From positions 1 to 17,425 of the forward strand of contig JBDLKA010000079.1 of the NCBI GenBank assembly GCA_039714075.1: DNA of 17,425 nt, read 5' to 3'. Below are positions 1 to 8,520 of the stretch, piece after piece. The position numbers were made by a program, and so were the translations under genes. The stretch's first letter is position 1; each line of letters begins with the position of its first letter. A model generated the notes under the pieces. That model made no database searches. It was not told the origin of the DNA and saw only the letters and a list, made by a program, of their open reading frames with translations. This stretch comes from Candidatus Krumholzibacteriota bacterium (GTDB taxonomy: Bacteria > Krumholzibacteriota > Krumholzibacteriia > LZORAL124-64-63).

Positions 1-688
1 GGGTGCCTTCCCAGAACAGGTGGTCACATTCGCGACAAAGATAGTAGGTGTCCAGCCATTTGGCCGTCCTGAGCGGGATGCGTGCGGCCACATCGGCCTT
101 GGCCACCTCGCGCAGAAGTCCGTTGCACTTGCTGCAGCGGCCGAACAAACGAACCTGATCGACCAGCAGAAACCGGCGCAAAACTTCGCCGGCCTGTGTG
201 TCGGGCACGTCCGAACGAATAAGCATGGCGTTGTCCATGGAGGATCTTTTGAGCAGGGACCGGCTGCGCGTCAGGACGGTGCGGTTTTCGTTGATCCCCC
301 GGCGGGCCATCCCGGGCTCGGACCAGGAATCGTCCCACGCCGAATCGAAGCCCATGATCCGCAGCAGGAGGGCCAGCTTGCCCAGGTGCCCGTCACACAG
401 AAAACGCGGCGATTCCAGCGGTCGCGGCTGAGCTCCGGCAACCGCCAGGACATCGCCGGTGCTGGTCAGGGTATCGAGGGGAAGTTCCAGGCCGGAGGCA
501 AGTGAAACAACGGTACCGATTTCACAGTGCGGCACCCCGACTGATTCGATGATGTCCTTCAGGGAAGAGGGCGCGGCCAGGTGCCGCCGAACCAGGGCGG
601 GTTTGCCGGTTTCCCGGGGATAAACCAAGGCCGCGGGGGGAATCAAAGACCCCAGATCCTTCTGGAAAATGAGCATCATTGTCAACAT
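1..688 (-). CDS. Mut7-C RNase-domain protein with N-terminal Ub-Mut7C ubiquitin-like domain and Zn ribbon (3' end runs off the window)
   Basis: Manual translation of the minus strand: (MLT)MMLIFQKDLG...SSLKDIIESVGVPHCEIG...PRFLCDGHLGKLALLLRIMGFDS...ENRTVLTRSRSLLKR...FGRCSKCNGLL...YYLCRECDHLFWEGT. These match the family motifs KDxIESxGVPHxE, FxxDxHLGKLAxxLRxxGFD, RCxxCNG and CxxC-x3-WxG. In-frame ATGs at 688, 679 and 676, so the start is uncertain. No stop before base 1. Confidence 0.88.
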   Translation of the reverse strand, partial: MLTMMLIFQKDLGSLIPPAALVYPRETGKPALVRRHLAAPSSLKDIIESVGVPHCEIGTVVSLASGLELPLDTLTSTGDVLAVAGAQPRPLESPRFLCDGHLGKLALLLRIMGFDSAWDDSWSEPGMARRGINENRTVLTRSRSLLKRSSMDNAMLIRSDVPDTQAGEVLRRFLLVDQVRLFGRCSKCNGLLREVAKADVAARIPLRTAKWLDTYYLCRECDHLFWEGT

Positions 689-722
689 TATGCAAATAAT
701 ACCATACTTTCCTGTTCGTGGA

Positions 723-752
723 TTGACAGGGCCCGCGGTCAACCGCTAGATT
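723..752 (+). promoter_or_regulatory. Sigma70-like promoter for the surface operon, overlapped by a TTGAC-N10-GTCAA inverted repeat
   Basis: TTGACA at 723-728, 18-nt spacer, TAGATT at 747-752. TTGAC (723-727) and GTCAA (738-742) form a dyad. Confidence 0.55.
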
Positions 753-834
753 CCCAAAACTCGACTCTGACAGCCCGGGATCGCATAAGGATATCGTCCC
801 GCTTTTGGCCGCGCAGATGGAACTGCTCTGATCA

Positions 835-876
835 GCCGGACCGCCGGAATTCCGTTCCCGGCGCGATCCGGTTTTT
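835..876 (+). terminator. Terminator-like hairpin inside the 5' leader (possible attenuator)
   Basis: CCGGA (836-840) pairs with TCCGG (867-871) and CGCCGG (842-847) with CCGGCG (858-863), followed directly by TTTTT (872-876), about 30 nt before the 907 start. Confidence 0.4.
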
Positions 877-906
877 CATCCCCATGATACTCATCTGGAG
901 TGTGTT

Positions 907-2919
907 TTGCGCCCGAGCCGGATCATCATCTTTTTCACTGCACTTCTGCTGCTCCCTTCGGGACTGTCCTTTGCACAGGAAGACAATCCTTCGGTGCCGG
1001 TGACCAATTTGCATACCGACGCGGGGAAGCTCGGGTTGGCCATCAACAACCTGGGCTATTTCGGGACGGCCTTCAACAACCGCTTCATGCCATCGGCGAA
1101 GTATCCGCTTACCAGCAACGTCGAACACATATACCGGGGCGGCATTTGGGTGGGGGCCCGCGACAGCGATGGTTCCCTGCGTGTGTCCACGGGCGCCCAG
1201 GATGCCAATGGTTTGGCCGAGGGTGATGAAGTCCGGGAATTCCAGAATTGGTTCGTGGTAGAGGAAACCCCTGATGGTCCCGTAAAGAAATCGATGATCT
1301 CCTGGTCCAACGAACAGAACGAAGACAATTTCAACTCAAACGCCCTGGCTACACAACACGTCGAATTCGCCTTCGATGATTACGCCCGGATCGAATCAGG
1401 CAACCACACGCCGCTGGGGTTGCTGGTTCAATTGCGCGTGTTGGCCTGGGGACCCAAGCATGCGGATGATTTCGTAATTCTGGACTACGCCATCATCAAC
1501 AACAACCTGACCTCCCAGAAGGAATTGAGAGACCTCTATCTGGGAATTTGGGTGGATACGACCGTGGGGAATACGGAACAGACAAATCCCTATGACCCCC
1601 AGGCTCCGGTCCGTTGGAACTTCAACGATGATGTCAACGGTGCCTGGGGCCCGAGCGGTCTGGTTCCCGAGGCCAATACGGTTCCCGGTGATCCGAATAT
1701 CTGGATGGCCTACGAACGCGACGATGACGGGGAAGAGGGTTTGGCCACGAGTTGGATCGGATACCGCTTACTGGGAACCAACCGGGAGCCGGAGCCCGAG
1801 GATGGAGTACGCCCGGTTTCCTACAACGCATGGCGATTCCGGGGCGTTCCGGCCAAGGATGATTGGTATTCCGAAGCCGGCGACCCGGACAATCTGCTTC
1901 CCGGAAAATACCAACTCATGAGTAATGGCGCCTTCACGGTGGGTGAGACGCAGGAAGTGGATTATTCGCGGCCTTCCAACTGGGTGGGACTGTTGACCTC
2001 GGGACCTTTTCCCTATCTGGCGGCGGGCGACACTCTGCGGATGACTTTCGCCATCGTGGCGGGTGAGGACTCCCTCAGCATCCTGGAAAACAGCAAAATC
2101 GCGCAGGTTGCCTACAATAACGGTTTTTCCATCCCGGCGGGACCACCTTCGCCCAAGTTGGATTTTGCCTTCATGGACAATTCGGTGGTCATATCCTGGG
2201 CTCCGGGAGACTCGCTGGATGCTGAAACCGGTGAGGATCTCCCTCTGGAAAGCCCGTTGCGGTCGCCCGAACAACACATCAGCGATATTACCGGGCGCAA
2301 GGATTTTCAGGGTTACCGGATCTATCGTTCCAGAGGTGAGATCATCCAGGGTGATCCCTTCGAGGAGTCCAACCTGGTCGCCCAATACGACATCATTGAC
2401 GGGCAGGGATTCGACACCGGGTTACCGCCTCTTAATTCCGAAGGCAAACGGGAATTCGTGGACACGGATCTTCTGGATGGATTCCCTTACATCTATTCAG
2501 TGACCTCTTTCAGTTCCCCAAGTTTCAATGAGGGCCTGGGAGAATTTGAAAGCGGATTTTTCTCCAACGACAGGCTGGTATACCCGGGACCCGCGCCTGC
2601 AGGCTCTGACAATCCCCGAACGGTGGGTGTGTATCCGAATCCCTACAGGACCGGTTCCCTGTTCGACAATAGGCGGCAGGAGGAACTTGGGCGCAAAATC
2701 TGGTTTACCGGCCTGCCCGCCCGGTGTCAGATCCAAATTTTCACTCTCGTCGGTGAACTTGTTCAGACTCTCTACCACGATGATCCTTCTTCCGGCCAGG
2801 AATCATGGGATCTGTTGACCCGATACCAGCGGACCGTAGCCACAGGACTTTATATATTTGTGGTCGAAGATCAGGACACTGGGGAAATCCAACGGGGGAA
2901 GTTGGTGATCATCAAATGA
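907..2919 (+). CDS. Secreted acidic protein with FN3-like domain and T9SS type A-like C-terminal sorting domain
   Basis: TTG start with GGAG at 897-900. Sec signal peptide (IIIFFTALLLLPSGLSFA|Q). FN3-like segment (PPSP...VISW...DFQGYRIYRS...FVDTDLLDGFPYIYSVTSF). C-terminus VYPNPY...IQIFTLVGELV...WD...VATGLYIFVV...GKLVIIK is typical of T9SS/FlgD-like CTDs. No catalytic domain recognised. Confidence 0.8.
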   Translation: MRPSRIIIFFTALLLLPSGLSFAQEDNPSVPVTNLHTDAGKLGLAINNLGYFGTAFNNRFMPSAKYPLTSNVEHIYRGGIWVGARDSDGSLRVSTGAQDANGLAEGDEVREFQNWFVVEETPDGPVKKSMISWSNEQNEDNFNSNALATQHVEFAFDDYARIESGNHTPLGLLVQLRVLAWGPKHADDFVILDYAIINNNLTSQKELRDLYLGIWVDTTVGNTEQTNPYDPQAPVRWNFNDDVNGAWGPSGLVPEANTVPGDPNIWMAYERDDDGEEGLATSWIGYRLLGTNREPEPEDGVRPVSYNAWRFRGVPAKDDWYSEAGDPDNLLPGKYQLMSNGAFTVGETQEVDYSRPSNWVGLLTSGPFPYLAAGDTLRMTFAIVAGEDSLSILENSKIAQVAYNNGFSIPAGPPSPKLDFAFMDNSVVISWAPGDSLDAETGEDLPLESPLRSPEQHISDITGRKDFQGYRIYRSRGEIIQGDPFEESNLVAQYDIIDGQGFDTGLPPLNSEGKREFVDTDLLDGFPYIYSVTSFSSPSFNEGLGEFESGFFSNDRLVYPGPAPAGSDNPRTVGVYPNPYRTGSLFDNRRQEELGRKIWFTGLPARCQIQIFTLVGELVQTLYHDDPSSGQESWDLLTRYQRTVATGLYIFVVEDQDTGEIQRGKLVIIK

Positions 2920-4547
2920 GTCCCTCCCCGATCGACAGGATTCCCGATTTCAGTCGTGGTGCAGCCATGTTCTTTGCAGGTATCTTGACACTGGTTGGTT
3001 TGGTCGGCCTGATCTGGGTTGGCGGTTGCGCTCCGAATGATCCCTTCGATCCGGAATCCCTGGAAAACAAGCCTCCCAGCGTTACGTTTTTTGTCAGCCC
3101 CATGGACCCGGAACAGGGTCTTGAACCCACCAGTTATTCCACCCGTACTTTCCATTGGAGCGGTTCCGATCCGGACGGCTGGGTCGTTGAATACTATGTC
3201 GCCATCGATACGTCCCAGGTTCTTGACGCGGTTTGGGATACGACCACCAGCACCGACACCACCCTGACTTTCACACCCGATGTCATGGGCAATGCCGACG
3301 CTTTGTTCATGGTGGTTTGCCGGGACAATCGGGGCGCCCTCAGTGATACGGTCAAGCAGTTCGTTCCCATGCGTAATTTTCCGCCGGTTATTGAATTCCA
3401 ATCGGATTTTGACCCTTTGACCAATATGCAGCGGGAGTTCCGGGATGCGGACGGCAACGTTATCGAAGACGGATCCGCCGCTGCTGACACGCTTTTCTGG
3501 AATTGGGGCCCGGGAAATTTCCGGTTCCTGGCTTACGACCTCGACGGGTCGGCAACCCTGGAGCCTTTTTTCCGCTACACTCTTTTTGACGGGGATCCGG
3601 ACAGCACCTACGACGAAGGCGATGCCTTGGCCGACCCGGAAACGAGTTGGGTAAGGGTTGCCTTCGAAAGCTTCGAGGAAATCAGGGAATTTTCGATCAA
3701 TCTGAAATCCGCGGTTCCAGGCCCTTCCAGAACCTTGTCCGTGTCCTTGCGGGATACCGTCGGTTCTGGACCTGTATTCCAATATTCATGGGAGGTAAGG
3801 GCTCCGAAGGGGCAGGTGTTGTACATTCCTGATGCTTCGGCTTCCCGGACCAGGGAATTCTATACCAACTACCTGAATTCCCGCTTTGGTGAAGGTAACT
3901 GGGACACTTACACCTTCTGGAAGGGCTTTCCCGATGACCCCTTCACACTTCTGGAATCCATTAGAAAATTCGCATTGGTAGTTTGGACCGACACCGGGAC
4001 AGCCAGCAACAACATCAGGCAAGCCTCTCTGGGTGGAGGAGTTCTTCAGCAATATCTTGATCCCGAAGATGATTCCATCCCCGGGGGCCAAATCCTTTTG
4101 ATCTCCCGAATCCTGACAGGTTCTCGAGCGGGCCTTTCCAATCCGTTCCGGGAAAACGTCCTGGGGATAAATATCAATGCGTCTCCGGCTGCCGCCCTGA
4201 ACATGCCCATCGGCCCTCAGGCTCTGGGTCTTCAGCCCCATCTGCCGGTAATGACCTCCACTCGAGGTTCAACGGACGGGGGAGTCGGATTAATGATCCA
4301 GGATCCTGCCAATCCCGTCGGTGAGTTTTTGTACCAGATGGAGGAGTGCGGGGAATGTTACGGGACCCCTCGAAGGCCTGCCAACCCTCCGGATCCCTTC
4401 GTGGCCGTGCGGTCACCGCTCCGGAATGTTGATGCCCTGGCCAGGATCGTAGGCATATCTCTTCAACTCGACGACTTCGATCAGGCCGAGGTATTTGCGG
4501 CTCTCGACGCCATCCTTGAGCTCGAGATGGGGGTGACGGGTCCGTGA
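2916..4547 (+). CDS. Hypothetical lipoprotein with N-terminal Ig-like domain(s)
   Basis: ATG at 2916 overlaps the upstream TGA (ATGA), so the ORF-track start at 2805 is probably too early. Hydrophobic stretch ending in lipobox VGGC. Ig-like motif NKPP...TFHWSGSDPDGWVVEY. CxxC (ECGEC) near the C-terminus. Confidence 0.72.
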   Translation: MSPSPIDRIPDFSRGAAMFFAGILTLVGLVGLIWVGGCAPNDPFDPESLENKPPSVTFFVSPMDPEQGLEPTSYSTRTFHWSGSDPDGWVVEYYVAIDTSQVLDAVWDTTTSTDTTLTFTPDVMGNADALFMVVCRDNRGALSDTVKQFVPMRNFPPVIEFQSDFDPLTNMQREFRDADGNVIEDGSAAADTLFWNWGPGNFRFLAYDLDGSATLEPFFRYTLFDGDPDSTYDEGDALADPETSWVRVAFESFEEIREFSINLKSAVPGPSRTLSVSLRDTVGSGPVFQYSWEVRAPKGQVLYIPDASASRTREFYTNYLNSRFGEGNWDTYTFWKGFPDDPFTLLESIRKFALVVWTDTGTASNNIRQASLGGGVLQQYLDPEDDSIPGGQILLISRILTGSRAGLSNPFRENVLGININASPAAALNMPIGPQALGLQPHLPVMTSTRGSTDGGVGLMIQDPANPVGEFLYQMEECGECYGTPRRPANPPDPFVAVRSPLRNVDALARIVGISLQLDDFDQAEVFAALDAILELEMGVTGP

Positions 4548-7462
4548 ACCGCCTGCTATCCCCATTCAACATGTCCGGGCTTAAGGTTTTCCTGCCGGTG
4601 GCCCTGTTGCTGGTGCTGACAGTCTTCCCCGCCACGGCCCAGGTCGGTTCCGATACCGCCCAGCCCCAGGCACCGGGTACGATCAAGGGCCGGATATTCG
4701 ACGCTGAGTCCGGCGAGTCGATGCCCTACACCAACGTGTTCATCTCCGGGACGAACATCGGCACCATGGCTTTCACCGACGGGTTCTACATCATCAAGGG
4801 CCTGCGTCCGGGCACGTACACCATCAAAGCATCCTACATTTCTTACGGGGTGGGCTCCAAGACCGTGGTTGTCGGCCCCGGTGAGGTAAAGAACATCGAC
4901 TTCCATCTCGAGGTCCAGGCCATCATGGCCGACCCCCTAGAGATCCAGGCCGAACGCGCTTTGGTCGAAGTCGACAGAACCGGCAGTTCCCATTACATCA
5001 CCAGCAGGGAAATGGAGGCCATGCCGCTGGACCAGATGGTGGACCTGATCGCCACCACGCCCGGCGTGACGCTGCAGGACAACGAAATCCACATCCGCGG
5101 AGGGCGGGCCGACGACACGATGTTCGTGGTCGACGGGATGTCGGTGAACGATCCTCTTGCCGGTGGCGGATACGGCTACTCCATCGACCCCTCCCTTATC
5201 AACGAGATCGAAGTCCTCACTGGTGGGTTCAACGCGGAATATGGCCAGGCGGTAAGCGGAGTGGTCAACGTTTCGACGAAGGAGGGAAGTGAAAAGTTTG
5301 AAGGAAGGGTCAGTGTAAAAAGGGATTACCTGATCAAGACCCATCCCTCGGATGTCGATCCGGGCTGGCGTAACCTGACGGACTATTCCCATCCCAACAA
5401 CATCGACATTGTCAAAATGTCGATGTCGGGACAGGACCCGATCAGCGCCGGCTTGAAAGCCCTTGGCGTGAACATGCCCGGTACTCAGTTCATCCTGGCC
5501 AGCGCCTCCCTGGATACCAGGGACGGCTATTTGCCCATTTACGGCCGGAAAAACAAACTGCAGTCGCCGATCTACACGGACCAGGCCTGGTCACCCAGGC
5601 AGCAGAACAACTGGAACGGTCTTTTGAAGTGGACCTGGAATTTCACCCCACATCATAAACTGAATATCAACCTGACCCGGAACGTGAACATAGACCAGGG
5701 CTTTTTCCTGCCGGGCGAAGGTTATCCATTCTTGTACATGGACAACCTTGATAACTGGCTGGTGTTCACCAATGAAAACATCTTGAGCCAGGCATACTAC
5801 CGTCAGGTTTTGAACGAAAATTCCTGGTTCGAACTGACCCTGGGACGGAATTTCAACCGTCAGCACAACAACATCAATGGGAATGACGATTTCACCACCT
5901 ACACAACAGTTGGGGAGGCTGCAAACAGTGATCCGGGTGAAGCATTAAACGCTCGATATCTTTACTCGGCCGACCGTTGGCACGATCACTTCACGGAATC
6001 CTGGACGGGTAAGGGCTCCTATTCCTTCATGGGGCTGGGAAACAACCGGTTCAAGACGGGGTTCGAGGTTTCGTTCACCGAGATGCAGTTGATCAACCTC
6101 CAGGGGTATTTGGGTCGTCCTCCACCGGGAAAACTGGCTCTCAATGAGGATGTCTTTTGGGCCAACCCCATTACGGCAGCCGGCTACTTCCAGGATACCA
6201 TCGAGTACCGGGGACTGATCATCAACGCGGGGATAAGGGGCGATCTTTGGGCTCCCGGCAAGGAAGTCGAAACGGTCATGGCCAACCCGGATGATTATAT
6301 CTTCATCACTCCGGATATGGCCGAAGAGTTCAACAGCAGTACTTTCCGCTTGGCCGGGCGAAACTGGAAGGCCCGGCTGTCGCCCCGCATCGGCCTGAGT
6401 TTTCCCGTCACCGAACGGGACAAGTTTTTCTTCAACTATGGTCATTTCAGCCAGTGGGCGCGTTTCGCATACGTTTATCCACAACTCCAGGCCCAGACGG
6501 TTTCAAATATCCCGCTGTTGGGGAACCCAAACCTCGACCCGAAAGTCACCGTCGAATACGAAACGGGACTTCAGCATGAGTTCGGAGGCTTGTGGAGTCT
6601 CGGGCTGACATTCTTCAACCGTGACATATACGGCTATGCCAAGGCGGTCAAGCTGGATCCGGTCGAAATCAGCCACAACGAGACTCCGGACCCCAACGAT
6701 ACCGACACGATTACGATCCGGCCCGTGCGGTATTTCAACGGCGATTCCGCCCGCAGCCTCGGCATCGAAATGACGGTCATCAAGCGTACGACCCGTTGGC
6801 TGAGCGGGTCCGGCAGCTTCGAATTGCAGAGCACGACAGGTACCAACAGCAATGCCGACGAAGCGTATCTTCAGGCCCGCTATGAGGAAGCCTACCAGCC
6901 CCAGGCCAGTCTGGGGGGGCTGTCCCGAAATCCCCTGGTCTGGGACAAACCCTGGTCGGCCAGCCTGAATCTCGATTTTTCGGTATTTGAAACCGACAGG
7001 CCCCACCTGTTCGGCTGGAGGATGCCCCAGAATTGGAGCATCAACGTTCTTTTCCGTGCCGAAGCAGGCCAGCGGTATACTCCGTTGACCTGGTCGTCGG
7101 ACGACCTGATTTCTCTCAGGGACGATAATAGTTATTTCAGCAAGACCGGTCCCTGGAGAAGTCAGTTCAATTTCCGGTTGAACAAGTTCTGGAAATTAGG
7201 CAAGGGCCAAAAGCTGACTTTTTACATCGATTTCCGCAATATCCTGAACCATAGGAACTACCGACGGATCAACCCTTATACAGGGCGGGGATACGAAATT
7301 GGAGACTACAATCCGAGTTGGGAATATGGCACCAATTTGAATCCGGTTGAAGGGCAACCCTATTACTCGACTGACAGTGAATTGTACGCCAAGACAGTTG
7401 TGAACCCCAGTCACATAGAGAATCCCCGGATTCTGATGTGGGGGGTGAGCTACTCGTGGTAA
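4544..7462 (+). CDS. TonB-dependent receptor with N-terminal carboxypeptidase-regulatory-like domain
   Basis: Signal peptide. GTIKGRIFDAESGE...GFYIIKGLRPGTYTIKASYISY N-domain. Plug motif IHIRGGR...FVVDG...IEVLTGGFNAEYGQAVSGVVNVSTKEG. Barrel motifs LSPRIGLSFP and GNPNLDPKVTVEYETG. Ends in an aromatic beta-strand (GVSYSW). GTG overlaps the upstream TGA; ATG at 4571 is an alternative start. Confidence 0.93.
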   Translation: MNRLLSPFNMSGLKVFLPVALLLVLTVFPATAQVGSDTAQPQAPGTIKGRIFDAESGESMPYTNVFISGTNIGTMAFTDGFYIIKGLRPGTYTIKASYISYGVGSKTVVVGPGEVKNIDFHLEVQAIMADPLEIQAERALVEVDRTGSSHYITSREMEAMPLDQMVDLIATTPGVTLQDNEIHIRGGRADDTMFVVDGMSVNDPLAGGGYGYSIDPSLINEIEVLTGGFNAEYGQAVSGVVNVSTKEGSEKFEGRVSVKRDYLIKTHPSDVDPGWRNLTDYSHPNNIDIVKMSMSGQDPISAGLKALGVNMPGTQFILASASLDTRDGYLPIYGRKNKLQSPIYTDQAWSPRQQNNWNGLLKWTWNFTPHHKLNINLTRNVNIDQGFFLPGEGYPFLYMDNLDNWLVFTNENILSQAYYRQVLNENSWFELTLGRNFNRQHNNINGNDDFTTYTTVGEAANSDPGEALNARYLYSADRWHDHFTESWTGKGSYSFMGLGNNRFKTGFEVSFTEMQLINLQGYLGRPPPGKLALNEDVFWANPITAAGYFQDTIEYRGLIINAGIRGDLWAPGKEVETVMANPDDYIFITPDMAEEFNSSTFRLAGRNWKARLSPRIGLSFPVTERDKFFFNYGHFSQWARFAYVYPQLQAQTVSNIPLLGNPNLDPKVTVEYETGLQHEFGGLWSLGLTFFNRDIYGYAKAVKLDPVEISHNETPDPNDTDTITIRPVRYFNGDSARSLGIEMTVIKRTTRWLSGSGSFELQSTTGTNSNADEAYLQARYEEAYQPQASLGGLSRNPLVWDKPWSASLNLDFSVFETDRPHLFGWRMPQNWSINVLFRAEAGQRYTPLTWSSDDLISLRDDNSYFSKTGPWRSQFNFRLNKFWKLGKGQKLTFYIDFRNILNHRNYRRINPYTGRGYEIGDYNPSWEYGTNLNPVEGQPYYSTDSELYAKTVVNPSHIENPRILMWGVSYSW

Positions 7463-8520
7463 TGGTTGTCCGTAAATGCTCTTTCCTGTTGGTCCTGGGT
7501 CTCCTTATCTCCTGCGTCACCGGAGCAAATTCCCCTTCCCACGCCGCTGACCTTTTGCGTCTGCACGGTGAGGAAAATGCCGGCACGGCGGGTGCCCAGT
7601 TCTTGAGGATTCCCGTTGGCGCCAGGTCGGTGGCTTTGGGCAAGGCTTTTACGGCGATGGCAACTGACGCATCCACGCTCTACTGGAATCCCGCGGGAGT
7701 CATGCGGACGCCCGGACGGACGAACTTCTACGCCAGCCACAGCAAATACACCGCGGGAATCGATCTCGATTATCTTTCCTTCCACCGGCGAGACCAGAAC
7801 TACGGTTATGGATTATCGATGGGTGTTCTGCGATCGGGAGATATCCTGCGTACGGATGAATTCCACCAGCAGGGTACCGGTACCTATTTCAATGCCAACC
7901 AGTTTTTCCTGGGTGCAACCCTGGCCCGAGCCATGACCGACCGGTTCTCAATAGGGGGAACCGTGAAGTATTATCAGGAAAACCTGGATGAATTTCAGAT
8001 CAAATCCCTTCTGGCGGATCTGGGGATTCTTTACTTCGTCGGGTTGGGCGATCTGAAGGTGGGATTTGCGGTGAAAAATTTCGGTGGAGATCTCAAACCG
8101 GCCGGAAATCCCCCCGCTCTGGCAGATGGTTACGTGTCTGCCGCGGAATTCCAAAAATTTCCAGCACCAACCGAAGGTACCTTCGGCGCGGCCAAAACCT
8201 GGGAATTGAGCCAGAATATCGGCCTTGTGACAACAACCGATTTCAATCATCCGTCGGACAACAAGGAGAGCTTCCGTTTCGGCATGGAACTGGGAATGAG
8301 AAAGATGCTGTATTTGCGGGGAGGCTTCGAGACCGGACGGGTCGATGGCGGATTGGCCGCCGGCTTCGGTCTTCAACTAAAGCGCAAGCAATTCCTGTTG
8401 CGGGTCGATTACGCCTACAGCGACATGGGTGCCTTCGGGACCATTCATCACATCTCCGTGGATCTGTCGCCTCTGACCAGAGGCAAGGACCCAGAGGCCT
8501 GGCGGAGGGAATCCCGATGA
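7462..8520 (+). CDS. PorV/PorQ (UPF0164)-family outer-membrane beta-barrel
   Basis: Signature GTAGAQFLRIPVGARSVALGKAFTAMATDASTLYWNPAG, plus C-terminal LYLRGGF...GFGL...VDYAY...G...HHIS. ATG at 7462 shares a base with the upstream TAA (TAATG). Confidence 0.88.
   Translation: MVVRKCSFLLVLGLLISCVTGANSPSHAADLLRLHGEENAGTAGAQFLRIPVGARSVALGKAFTAMATDASTLYWNPAGVMRTPGRTNFYASHSKYTAGIDLDYLSFHRRDQNYGYGLSMGVLRSGDILRTDEFHQQGTGTYFNANQFFLGATLARAMTDRFSIGGTVKYYQENLDEFQIKSLLADLGILYFVGLGDLKVGFAVKNFGGDLKPAGNPPALADGYVSAAEFQKFPAPTEGTFGAAKTWELSQNIGLVTTTDFNHPSDNKESFRFGMELGMRKMLYLRGGFETGRVDGGLAAGFGLQLKRKQFLLRVDYAYSDMGAFGTIHHISVDLSPLTRGKDPEAWRRESR

Noticed and set aside
759..906. Known riboswitch (cobalamin, TPP, purine, c-di-GMP) ahead of the TBDT operon
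   Set aside because: Consensus motifs not found by eye. An Rfam scan is needed to be sure.
20..1003. Plus-strand ORFs 20-505 and 581-1003
   Set aside because: They overlap the minus-strand Mut7-C gene and the promoter/leader region, and the translations do not look like proteins.
2805..2915. Longer N-terminus for the lipoprotein
   Set aside because: It would overlap the CTD coding region by more than 100 nt; the ATGA-coupled start at 2916 is more plausible.
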